Shown here in pieces: positions 1 to 8,702 of a DNA stretch of 64,000 nucleotides. Positions within the stretch are counted from its first letter, which is position 1, and the number at the start of each line of letters is the position of its first letter. Source of the DNA: Nostoc sp. (lineage in GTDB: Bacteria; Cyanobacteriota; Cyanobacteriia; Cyanobacteriales; Nostocaceae); the NCBI GenBank assembly GCA_036918135.1, contig JBALDB010000038.1:105455-169454 (forward strand). Direction: 5' to 3'. The translations under genes were made by a program, and so were the position numbers. A model generated the notes under the pieces. That model saw nothing but the letters and a program-made list of their open reading frames with translations, searched no databases and had not been told where the DNA came from.

Positions 1-2409
1 TTGGCGAGTACCATAGGCATTACTCAGAGCAGTTTCGATTTGATTGGCAGTCAAACCGAGAGATGAAGCTTGGTCGCGGTTGATATTTACTTCAACTTGA
101 GGATTTTTAATTTGTAGGTCACTGTTGACATCTTGCAAATCTGACAGGGTACGGAGTTTATTTTCTAGAAGTGGGGCGTACTGGTAAAGCTCTTGAATAT
201 TGGGACTTTGGAGAGTGAATTGATACTGGGCTTTTGTCTGTTGTCCGCCGATATTAATGGCGGGGGGGTTTTGCAAGAACACCTTGATTCCAGGCACACT
301 TGATAACTTGGGTCGAAGTTTCTCGACTATTTGATCGGCACTGAGATGGCGCTCATGGGTAGGCTTGAGTTCGATTAAAAGTCGTCCACTGTTTGCAGAA
401 CCATTTGGGCCACCAGCCCCGACACTGGAGTTGATGGAATCGACATTCGGATCGTGATAAGCGATCGCAGCTACAGCCTGTTGATGCTTTACCATTTCAT
501 CAAAGGAGATATCCTCTGATGCTTGAGTGGTTGCAGTAATTTGTCCAACATCAGCGTTGGGAACAAATCCCTTTGGCACAACCGTAAATAAATACACCGT
601 TGCTAAAAGAATCGCTCCGGAAATCACCATCGTTGTTCGGTGATACTTCAGCGATTTCTTCAAACTCCAATCGTATCCCCGCAACAACGAATTAAAGAAG
701 CTTTCCGAAATATTATACAAACGAGTCTGAAAATTTTGGATTTTAGATTTTCGATTTGGGATTTGGGCATCGGGCATTTCTACCCCTGCCTCCCCTGCCT
801 CCCCTACTTCCTGACTCTCTCCCTGATGATGAGGTGGACGCAAGAATCTGGAACACAGCATTGGGGTTAAGCTCAGGGAAATTACGCCAGAAACCAAGAT
901 GGCAACGCTGATGGTAATAGCAAACTCACGGAACAGTCGCCCCAGAATGCCTTCCATGAACAGTACGGGGATAAATACTGCTACCAAGGAAATGGTCATA
1001 GATAAAATTGTAAAACCAATTTCTCTAGAACCATTTAGAGATGCTTCTAAGCGGCTCTCACCCATCTCCATGTGGCGGACAATATTTTCTAGCATGACTA
1101 CGGCATCATCCACCACGAAACCCACTGATAAAGTTAATGCCATCAGCGAGAGATTATCGAGTGAAAAGCCCAGCACTAACATCACTGCAAAGGTCGCTAC
1201 GATTGATAGCGGTACTGCCAGACTGGGAATGACTGTAGCCGAGATGTTGCGAAGAAACAGAAAGATTACCAGTACTACCAAAGCGATGGTGAGCAACAGC
1301 GTGAATTGTACATCATCTACCGATTCGCGAATTGATTGGGAGCGATCGTAGAGAATATTCATGTTCACAGCTGCCGGAATCTCTTTTTGGAAGTTAGGCA
1401 GCAGTTTTTTAATTGCATCCACCACTTGGACAGTATTAGTTCCCGGTTGGCGCTGAATAGCCAGAACGATCGCCCGCACGCCAGAATTTTGGATTTGGGA
1501 TTTTTGATTTGGGATTGAGGTCTTCTCCGCTGCTTTTGCTGCTGTTTGGCTCCCCTGCTCCCTATTTCCCTTCTTCGTAGGAAAATACCAACTGGCAATC
1601 TTGTCATTTTCCACGCTGTCTAGCACTTGACCGAGTTCACCTAACTGCACAGGTGCGCCGTTTTGATAAGCTACAGTTAAAGAGCGATAACTAGCGGCAT
1701 CGTTGAGTTGACCGTTTGCTTGAATTGTATAATTCTGCTGTTGCCCGTAAAGCGTGCCCGTTGGTAAGTTGACATTGCCGTTAGCGATCGCATCAGCCAC
1801 TTCATCGATTCCTATGCCTTTAACACTCAATGATTCTGGGTCAAGCTGAACCCGTACAGCATACTTTTGCGAGCCGTACACCTGTACTTGCGCTACCCCA
1901 TCCACCATCGATAGACGTTGTGCCAACAGCGTTTCGGCATACTTATCTACAGTTGACAGTGGCAAAATAGATGAATTTAAAGAGATATAGAGGACTGGTT
2001 GATCTGCTGGATTTACCTTGCGGAAAGAAGGAGGACTGGGCATATTAGTCGGCAACTGCCTCGCTGCTTTAGAAATAGCAGACTGTACATCTTGTGCTGC
2101 CCCGTCAATATCCCGATTCAGGTCAAATTGCAGCGTAATTTGGGCACTACCTAAAGAGCTGGTAGAGTTCATTGAACTCAATCCGGCTATGCTAGAAAAT
2201 TGCTCCTCTAAAGGAGTTGCAACCGAAGAAGCCATCGTTTCTGGACTGGCTCCGGGCAAACTAGCCGTTACCTGGAGCGTTGGATAATCCACATTGGGCA
2301 AGTCACTAACAGGTAACTGTTGGTAACTCATCAGCCCAAATATTAAGATGCCAATCATCACTAGGGTTGTCATGATTGGACGGCGGATGAATAGCTGGGA
2401 AATGTTCAT
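1..2409 (-). CDS. RND efflux permease subunit (AcrB/MdtB/MdtC-like), 3' end runs off the window
   Basis: Manual translation from ATG 2409: MNISQLFIRRPIMTTLVM...LPVSDLPNVDYPT...GFVVDDAVVMLENI...GRLFREFA. Open to position 1; absent from the ORF track because it has no stop in the window. Confidence 0.95.
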   Translation of the reverse strand, partial: MNISQLFIRRPIMTTLVMIGILIFGLMSYQQLPVSDLPNVDYPTLQVTASLPGASPETMASSVATPLEEQFSSIAGLSSMNSTSSLGSAQITLQFDLNRDIDGAAQDVQSAISKAARQLPTNMPSPPSFRKVNPADQPVLYISLNSSILPLSTVDKYAETLLAQRLSMVDGVAQVQVYGSQKYAVRVQLDPESLSVKGIGIDEVADAIANGNVNLPTGTLYGQQQNYTIQANGQLNDAASYRSLTVAYQNGAPVQLGELGQVLDSVENDKIASWYFPTKKGNREQGSQTAAKAAEKTSIPNQKSQIQNSGVRAIVLAIQRQPGTNTVQVVDAIKKLLPNFQKEIPAAVNMNILYDRSQSIRESVDDVQFTLLLTIALVVLVIFLFLRNISATVIPSLAVPLSIVATFAVMLVLGFSLDNLSLMALTLSVGFVVDDAVVMLENIVRHMEMGESRLEASLNGSREIGFTILSMTISLVAVFIPVLFMEGILGRLFREFAITISVAILVSGVISLSLTPMLCSRFLRPPHHQGESQEVGEAGEAGVEMPDAQIPNRKSKIQNFQTRLYNISESFFNSLLRGYDWSLKKSLKYHRTTMVISGAILLATVYLFTVVPKGFVPNADVGQITATTQASEDISFDEMVKHQQAVAAIAYHDPNVDSINSSVGAGGPNGSANSGRLLIELKPTHERHLSADQIVEKLRPKLSSVPGIKVFLQNPPAINIGGQQTKAQYQFTLQSPNIQELYQYAPLLENKLRTLSDLQDVNSDLQIKNPQVEVNINRDQASSLGLTANQIETALSNAYGTRQ

Positions 2410-2449
2410 TTTAGTAGAGAGTGGGGAGTGTTGACTGTTGACTGTTGAC

Positions 2450-2558
2450 TACACTTCTTGCAAAAGTCCTTGTTTACGTTCTCTTCTGTGCGCCTCTGTC
2501 TTGAAAAGTTTGTAGACGCTTGTGCGTGAGACAATAAAATATTTATGCAAGAGGTCTA
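2450..2558. mobile_element. MITE-like element inserted in a (TGTTGAC)n heptamer array
   Basis: Imperfect terminal inverted repeats TACACTTCTTGCAAAA / TTATGCAAGAGGTCTA; flanks continue the ctgttga repeat; non-coding. Confidence 0.5.
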
Positions 2559-2574
2559 CTGTTGAAGTGAGAAG

Positions 2575-3993
2575 TTATTCTCCCCTCTGCCCCTCTGCTC
2601 CTCTGCTCCCCTGCTCCTCTGCCCCTCTGCTTCCTACTTCCGGTTTCACCTGTACTGCGGCACCAGGTACTAGATTAAATTGTCCATCGGTGACGATTTG
2701 CTCACCTGGTTGCAACCCTTGTTTAATTGCCGTTTCGTTGCCAATGGTGTCGCCTACGGTAACTGGACGCATTTCTACTGTTTTGTCGGCTTTCACTAAA
2801 AAGACAAATTGCCCCTGCTGTCCAGTTTGGATGGCTGGAGAAGGCACGGTTATTACATTCGGTTCTTCAGCTAGCTTGAGTACTACATTAACAAACTGAC
2901 CCGGAACTAAGCGTTCCTCTGCGTTGGCAAAGGTGGCTTTAAGTTGAATCGTGCCTGTTTGGGTATTGAGTCCGCTATCAACAAAGGTAAGTTCACCCTG
3001 TATCGGACGCCCTGTGTCTTTCGGAGGTATGGCGTTGACTTGTAACTTGCCGTTATTAGCACTGTACTTCTTCAGGTCTGGCAGCAACCTTTGAGCAATG
3101 GAAAAGGTAACGTAAATCGGGTGGATTTGGCTGATGGTAATTAGCGGATCGGTAGCATTCGCCTGTACCAAATTGCCTTGATTAAGCTTCAGACTACCTG
3201 TACGTCCAGTAATTGGTGAGTAGATGGAACTGTAGGAAAGTTGAACTTTGGCATTGTCGATCGCCGCTTCATCTGCTGCTACTGCTGCTTTAGCATTTTG
3301 CACATCTGCTTCGGCTGCCGCCACTGCTGCTTTGGCATCTGCTACTCCATTTCGATCTGCGTTCACTGTTGCCCGTTGAGCATCAGCCGTAGTCTGAAAC
3401 TCATCCGCTTGTTCCTTGCTGATTGCCCCTTTCTGGAGTAAGCTGTTATATCTTTTCGCCTGGACATCTGCATTTGTAGCTTGAGCAACATCCTTGGCTA
3501 CATTCGCTTTTGCCTGGTTGACTTGGGCGATCGCTTTAGTCACATTTGCCTGTGCCTGTTTCACCTGCGCTAAATCTTTGGCTTTAGCAGCATTAGCTTG
3601 CATCAGCGCTGCTTGCAGAGAACGGGAATCTATTTTAAATAACAAGTCTCCTTTTTTCACATTCTGTCCTTGTTGAAAATAAACTCCAAGCAGTTGTCCA
3701 CTTACCTGTGACTTGACAGATACCGTGGAATATGCTTCCACTGTTCCTGTAGTCGATAGCTGTATTGGAATAGTCTTTTGAGTCGCAGCGGCAACCACCA
3801 CGGGCACAGGTCGCTTTTTACCTGCTTTTCCACTTGATTGAGCATCGCTAGCATTACAAGCAGTACACAAGTAGGTCAAACCTAGCAGCAGTAGCCACAA
3901 CCGTCCTCTTGGAATTAAGCTGTAAAGACGAGGAATGCTTTGAGCAACTAAAGAAAAAGGTTTTATCGTCTTAACGGAGTTTAAACAGCGCAT
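2575..3993 (-). CDS. RND efflux periplasmic adaptor (membrane fusion protein, MdtA-like)
   Basis: LCTAC lipobox-like segment, TGTVEAYSTVSVKSQVSG, GQNVKKGDLLFKID, alpha-hairpin, IYSPITGRTG; upstream of the RND permease. Confidence 0.93.
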   Translation of the reverse strand: MRCLNSVKTIKPFSLVAQSIPRLYSLIPRGRLWLLLLGLTYLCTACNASDAQSSGKAGKKRPVPVVVAAATQKTIPIQLSTTGTVEAYSTVSVKSQVSGQLLGVYFQQGQNVKKGDLLFKIDSRSLQAALMQANAAKAKDLAQVKQAQANVTKAIAQVNQAKANVAKDVAQATNADVQAKRYNSLLQKGAISKEQADEFQTTADAQRATVNADRNGVADAKAAVAAAEADVQNAKAAVAADEAAIDNAKVQLSYSSIYSPITGRTGSLKLNQGNLVQANATDPLITISQIHPIYVTFSIAQRLLPDLKKYSANNGKLQVNAIPPKDTGRPIQGELTFVDSGLNTQTGTIQLKATFANAEERLVPGQFVNVVLKLAEEPNVITVPSPAIQTGQQGQFVFLVKADKTVEMRPVTVGDTIGNETAIKQGLQPGEQIVTDGQFNLVPGAAVQVKPEVGSRGAEEQGSRGAEGQRGE

Positions 3994-4417
3994 ATCAACA
4001 ATCAGGAGAAAGGGAAAGCATACAAAACACGTAGCAGTACAGTGGTTTTATTAAAGTCAGCCAGAGCTAAACGAGTAGATTAATCGCCTAACCTTAGCAA
4101 TTTCTGAGAACGAGTCTTACCAAATCCCCAAAGGGTAGAGTTTGTTGCCTGACATTGCATTTTGTGCAAAATCGTTGCAGTCAATTTTTAGTAGTTCGAC
4201 TTAATATTAGTTATTCTAAATATTAGCATACTAATAATTATTGATTTCGCCTAGCTCTTGAGACAGGAATTTATCTGAAACTGTTTTCACTTAGGTAGGA
4301 ATCTGTTGTGAGATTTGCAGTAAGTAAATGTATTATAAATCGCCGCTTTTTAAAGTTAATCCGATTGAAATTGGATAAGTCCTCAACTAGTTTCTGATAC
4401 AGCCGTAGTCACATAAT

Positions 4418-4621
4418 TACAGCAGTTTGCAATTAAGTGAGGTACAAAACCAAGGACTCAAAAATTAAATTATTCTTCTGCCTCCAGCATAGCCGCCGAC
4501 ACTCTCTACAAGACGCTGCGCGTAGCTTGCTTCTCTGTAAGAGTACGCGGACACAGCTTAGCTGCGCTATCCTGCCTCAAAACCAGTGACTTTGTACTTC
4601 ATCCAAACGAAAACTGCTGTA
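4418..4621. mobile_element. MITE-like element with nested micro-repeats
   Basis: TIR TACAGCAGTTT / AAACTGCTGTA plus inner TGAGGTACAAA / TTTGTACTTCA; internal SDR-like segment (gcgcgtagcttgcttc). Confidence 0.6.
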
Positions 4622-4637
4622 TATTGAGGTTTTGGTA

Positions 4638-5327
4638 TTAATTCTTTAACTTCGCAACCATTTGAGCGCGAGTACAAACATCTAGTTTTTGAAACATCCG
4701 CTTGAGTATCTGTTTGACAGCATCACGACTGATATGTAACTTCAAAGCGATTTCTCGATTGCTGAAACCTTGGGCAACTAATTGGGTAACATCAACTTCT
4801 CGTGGTGTTAGACAATTGGCTAAAGATGGAGCGATCGCCAGGCGAAAAGTTGCTAAACGAACGGATAAATGCTGGCACAGAGAACTCAATTGAATCAGAT
4901 CGCCATCATTAAAGGCGGGAAGCTCTTTCCCACGCATAAAATAAATTCCACCAATTAATCGACCGCTGCCGATTAGCGGTGCAATCATACCATGTTCCAT
5001 CCCATAGATGCGGAACACAGATTCATATAGTTCGCTCTGATGCCAATCCTTGAGAGACTGTACTGATAGAGTATGAACTGGAATTTGATACTCAATCATC
5101 TGTTGACTGACTCGATCGCCATTTCGCCCAATTTCCTGATAGCGGTCGCCAAACGTATCAGGCAATCCCCACAAATCTGACCCAATCACTCGAAAACGGC
5201 TATCCAGCAAATCCAATCCCCAAGCAGTAGCTCCGACCAATTCACCTGCGTACTTCAAGAAGCAAGAACGCAACTGGGCTTCATTGGATGCTGTTGCAAT
5301 CTTTTCAATCAAAGGAGCAAATTTCAT
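4638..5327 (-). CDS. LuxR-family transcriptional regulator with GAF-like sensor domain
   Basis: C-terminal LTPREVDVTQLVAQGFSNREIALKLHISRDAVK HTH; N-terminal GMIAPLIGSGRLIGGIYF GAF-like motif. Confidence 0.88.
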   Translation of the reverse strand: MKFAPLIEKIATASNEAQLRSCFLKYAGELVGATAWGLDLLDSRFRVIGSDLWGLPDTFGDRYQEIGRNGDRVSQQMIEYQIPVHTLSVQSLKDWHQSELYESVFRIYGMEHGMIAPLIGSGRLIGGIYFMRGKELPAFNDGDLIQLSSLCQHLSVRLATFRLAIAPSLANCLTPREVDVTQLVAQGFSNREIALKLHISRDAVKQILKRMFQKLDVCTRAQMVAKLKN

Positions 5328-5407
5328 AAACTTATACCCAGTTGGGGACTTGGCTAGCTAGCTGCAAGTTTCTATTTTAGAGAATTGACCCGCAGTTGAT
5401 ATTTTCT

Positions 5408-5908
5408 ATGTCTATCCCCGTTACCACATTTTTTGTTGGACTCAATGGCTTGATTGCGTTTGCCCTTTCTTACATTGTCGTAATCGAGCGTACTAGAACT
5501 CGCATTTGGCATGGAGTAACTCAAACAGAAGTTATAAACCAGCCAAATTATCTAGAAAATCCCAATCCTTGGGCGGCATTTATTGAAAGCTATACTCAAA
5601 AATCTCTGCTCACAAAAACTGCTGATGATGGACTTCTTCAGCGTAAGGTACGTGCCTATGGAAATTTTACAGAATATGTACCTTTAGGACTGCTGTTTGT
5701 CATAACTTTGGAGTTGATGCATTCATCGCCTTGGATACTCTGGTTGATTGGGAGTGTGCTAACTGTAGGGCGGATTGCTCATGCCTGGGGTTCGATCGCA
5801 ACTTATGGCCCTTCACCCGGTCGCGCAATCGGATTTTTTCTAACTTGGTTTGTCTATATTATTGGTGCTAGTGCTTGTATTTACTACGGAATTACTGGGC
5901 TTCTCTGA
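5408..5908 (+). CDS. MAPEG family membrane protein
   Basis: RKVRAYGNFTEYVP and GRIAHAWG motifs, hydrophobic helices; divergent from the LuxR gene. Confidence 0.85.
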   Translation: MSIPVTTFFVGLNGLIAFALSYIVVIERTRTRIWHGVTQTEVINQPNYLENPNPWAAFIESYTQKSLLTKTADDGLLQRKVRAYGNFTEYVPLGLLFVITLELMHSSPWILWLIGSVLTVGRIAHAWGSIATYGPSPGRAIGFFLTWFVYIIGASACIYYGITGLL

Positions 5909-6026
5909 TGGTTGCCAGCCGCCCAACACGGCGTTATCGGTTAGAATCAAAGGAAATCAGTGTGTTTGAAACCACAACTCCGTGTTGGTTATTCTGCGAC
6001 AATTTTATATAGTTTAATACTTTGAT

Positions 6027-6899
6027 TCAAGCAGCAAAAATAAAAGGGGCGGTTTCTAAACCAACCCCTTTTGTTTGTGATATGCTGCGCCCAACGGCTG
6101 TTGCTATAAGCTTTAAACTATCAACTAAATCCACCATATCTTCTAAAGAAAGTGCTTGACGGGCATCAGAAACAGATTTTTCTGGTTCTGGGTGACACTC
6201 AATTATTAATCCATCTGCCCCACAAGCGATCGCAGCCTTTGCCAAAGGTGCTACGAGTTCCCGTTTACCTACGGCATGGGAAGGATCTACAATCACAGGC
6301 AGGTGAGTTATTTGTTTGAGTGCTGCTACTGCGCCTAAATCTAGGACATTGCGAGTGTAATCATCGAAACTGCGGATACCCCTTTCGCACAACACTACAT
6401 CAGGATTACCGTGGCTGAGAATATATTCAGCTGCCATCACGAATTCTTCAATTGTCGCTGCTAAACCGCGCTTGAGCAGTATTGGTTTACCAGCTTGCCC
6501 TAAAGCTTTGAGCAAATCGAAGTTTTGCATATTGCGGCTACCAACTTGAAGCATATCAGCGTGGCTAGCCACTACTTCAATTTGGGAAATTGACATCACC
6601 TCGGTGACAACTGGCATATTGTAGTGCGATCGCACCTTCGCTAAAATTTCTAATCCTAACTCGCCCATACCTTGGAAAGCATAGGGAGATGTGCGGGGTT
6701 TGTAGACACCGCCACGTAAGGCTTGTACTGATGTACGAGATAGCTTTTGGGCGACTATCTCCATTTGTTCCAAGCTTTCAACGGTACATGGGCCACCGAT
6801 AATTACTAATTGTTCACCACCAAAAGCGACTTTTTCTGAAAGTTTAACGATTGTCCGGTGTTTGGGATGGGATTGTGCGGCAAGTTTAGCGTTAATCAT
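6027..6899 (-). CDS. aroF: 3-deoxy-7-phosphoheptulonate (DAHP) synthase, type I-beta, without N-terminal regulatory domain
   Basis: IGGPCTVES, RGGVYKPRTSPYAFQG, QVGSRNMQNF, LKRG, CERGIRSF, DPSHAVG motifs. True start probably ATG 6899 (MINAKL); the ORF-track extension is repeat-derived. Confidence 0.93.
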   Translation of the reverse strand: MINAKLAAQSHPKHRTIVKLSEKVAFGGEQLVIIGGPCTVESLEQMEIVAQKLSRTSVQALRGGVYKPRTSPYAFQGMGELGLEILAKVRSHYNMPVVTEVMSISQIEVVASHADMLQVGSRNMQNFDLLKALGQAGKPILLKRGLAATIEEFVMAAEYILSHGNPDVVLCERGIRSFDDYTRNVLDLGAVAALKQITHLPVIVDPSHAVGKRELVAPLAKAAIACGADGLIIECHPEPEKSVSDARQALSLEDMVDLVDSLKLIATAVGRSISQTKGVGLETAPFIFAA

Positions 6900-6944
6900 G
6901 GTTTTATTGTTCTGAAAAATTAAGTATTGGGGACTAGGGATTAG

Positions 6945-6990
6945 GGTGTGGGGAGTGTGGGGAGTGTGGGGAGTGTGGGGAGTGTGGGGA
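6945..6990. repeat. 9-nt tandem repeat (GTGTGGGGA)x~5
   Basis: Directly visible; it produces the spurious PHT/WGV/GSV ORF translations. Confidence 0.9.
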
Positions 6991-7064
6991 AGACTCATTC
7001 TTCATCCTCCCCATCCTCCCAGACCTCCTTTTTCTCCTACACTCTCCCCATCTCCTCCACTCAG

Positions 7065-7100
7065 AAAAAAACCCGGAACCTTCCTTCGAGGGGTTCCGGG
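7065..7100 (-). terminator. Intrinsic terminator of attenuator 2
   Basis: Minus strand CCCGGAACC-cctcgaaggaa-GGTTCCGGG followed by T7. Confidence 0.85.
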
Positions 7101-7129
7101 CGCGTTCTGGCTCATTGGCATGACGCTAT

Positions 7130-7195
7130 TTACCCGGAACCATCTCTGGGCCAAAAGTAGAAGCCGTAAAACCAACTACCGAAATAAGTCGTCAC
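7130..7195 (-). CDS. Aromatic-rich leader peptide 2 (MTTYFGSWFYGFYFWPRDGSG)
   Basis: GTG start 9 nt after AAGGAG (7205-7210); 9 of 21 residues are F/Y/W; its 3' end contains GGTTCCGGG, complementary to the terminator 5' arm. Confidence 0.8.
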   Translation of the reverse strand: MTTYFGSWFYGFYFWPRDGSG

Positions 7196-7210
7196 AATGA
7201 AATTCTCCTT

Positions 7211-7245
7211 AAAAAACAAGAACCGCAGAGTTCGCTCTGCGGTTC
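7211..7245 (-). terminator. Intrinsic terminator of attenuator 1
   Basis: Minus strand GAACCGCAGAG-CGAA-CTCTGCGGTTC followed by TTGTTTTTT. Confidence 0.85.
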
Positions 7246-7274
7246 ACCGGGCGGTTTCCGTGTGGAAACTCGAT

Positions 7275-7331
7275 TCACTCCCGGTGAACCACCCTAAACC
7301 AAAAATAAAAGTAGGAATTTGTGTTAAACAT
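7275..7331 (-). CDS. Aromatic-rich leader peptide 1 (MFNTNSYFYFWFRVVHRE)
   Basis: ATG 7331 to TGA 7275; six consecutive aromatic codons YFYFWF; GGTTCACCGGG (7280-7290) is complementary to CCCGGTGAACC (7241-7251), which overlaps the terminator arm. Confidence 0.78.
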   Translation of the reverse strand: MFNTNSYFYFWFRVVHRE

Positions 7332-7388
7332 TTGCGTGCCGCTTTGACTGCTAAACCTAACTTAAACTATATAGACCTATCTATAGTA

Positions 7389-7417
7389 ACATTAACAAAA
7401 AGAGCTAGTGGTGTCAA
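7389..7417 (-). promoter_or_regulatory. Sigma70-type promoter of the aroF leader
   Basis: TTGACA-17 nt-TAATGT with TGn extended -10; predicted start near 7382, about 50 nt before leader 1. Confidence 0.65.
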
Positions 7418-8065
7418 GACCCCCATAACAGCTAAAAAAGCGATAGACTCAGTACAACTGTGGGAATCAAGACTATAAGGTTTCTCTATGAAATTAGCTG
7501 CAGCTTGCTTTCTATAGAGTAGTTCGCATTCACTGAGTGTGGTGTGTTCTAATGGCTACTGCAAGTCGCCCTTTGCGCGTCTAAGCTCGAAGGCGTTTTA
7601 TCCTACTTGAAACAAGTTTCAGACTTCTCTCCAAATTCAAAATCCTTGGATTTTAAGCTTGATTAGCGTCAATTTGTCAGAATTTGTCTAATACAGTTCT
7701 CCTTACTTATTTGTCTAGAAGAAGAAAGCGGCTTGTGGCTAAACATTATTATAGTTATATAACTTTATAAATATTGTGATGTGAGAAGTGAATAAATAGT
7801 GTAGACAATCAAAAATTAATGGTGAAAAATTTTAAATTCAGATGAATAAATACAGACAATTGCAAGGAATCACAGAGAACTCACGGTGGCGGCTTAGTCT
7901 TGCAAAAATGCAAAAATGCAGGATTCCAAAATCAAAACATCTAATTTTCCTGACTTCTGTTTTTACCTTGCGAAAGCTGATTCTAGACAATTGAGAAATG
8001 CCATACATCATTGTTACCCAAGTCGTTATCCACCAGATTAACTTTTTAGAATCACCAGTTTGATT

Positions 8066-8560
8066 ATGCCCAGTCCCAAAATCTTAGCCAAATCTTTTGA
8101 CTATCATGGAGTTTACCCCTGCCCAGTCTGTCGGATAGGTAAGATTTCTCATATGCCATTGATGGAAGCTATGGCTTGTGACTTTTGCCAAGAGATTTTT
8201 ACAGTTAACTTAGAACTACAGCAAATTAAGATGCCTTCTAGGCAACCACCCTTAGTTTGGCGGTGGAATGGGTTTAGTTGGACAGAAGCCCAGTTAGAAG
8301 GTGTGGAATTAGGTTGGGGTTATGGACTAGCTGCTACTGCTTTTGTAGTCCTTCCTACTACTCTGATTGGTGTAGTAGCCTATTATTTTCCTCCTAATAT
8401 CAACGAACCTGTTACCTGGATGCCATATATTTGGACAATATTAACTTTTTTGTCACATTTATCAATTATTGTTTGGATTTTTATTGAAGTTTATCAAATT
8501 CCAGTTGCAGCATATTTAAGAGCGATCGCTCGATGGAGAAATCGGGAGATGGGGAGATGA
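8066..8560 (+). CDS. Hypothetical membrane protein with N-terminal Zn-ribbon-like motif
   Basis: CPVC...CDFC pair and two hydrophobic helices. Confidence 0.75.
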   Translation: MPSPKILAKSFDYHGVYPCPVCRIGKISHMPLMEAMACDFCQEIFTVNLELQQIKMPSRQPPLVWRWNGFSWTEAQLEGVELGWGYGLAATAFVVLPTTLIGVVAYYFPPNINEPVTWMPYIWTILTFLSHLSIIVWIFIEVYQIPVAAYLRAIARWRNREMGR

Positions 8561-8702
8561 GGAGATAGGGAGGCGAGGAGATGGGGAAAAATAACCAATT
8601 TCCAATCCCTAATCCCTAATCCCCAATCGCAAATAATAAAAGATGCAGCCGAGAGACCGCTGTATCACTCATAATTAAGTTGATTGTCCACCGAAATGAC
8701 GT

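Noticed and set aside
640..2899. Plus-strand ORFs over the RND genes, and similar antisense ORFs over pentapeptide, HtrA and kinase genes
   Set aside because: Shadow ORFs opposite well-supported genes.
6900..7478. ORF-track entries 6946-7200, 6948-7160, 7197-7478 and the PHT-repeat extension of aroF
   Set aside because: They arise from the 9-nt repeat and from the antisense of the attenuator region.
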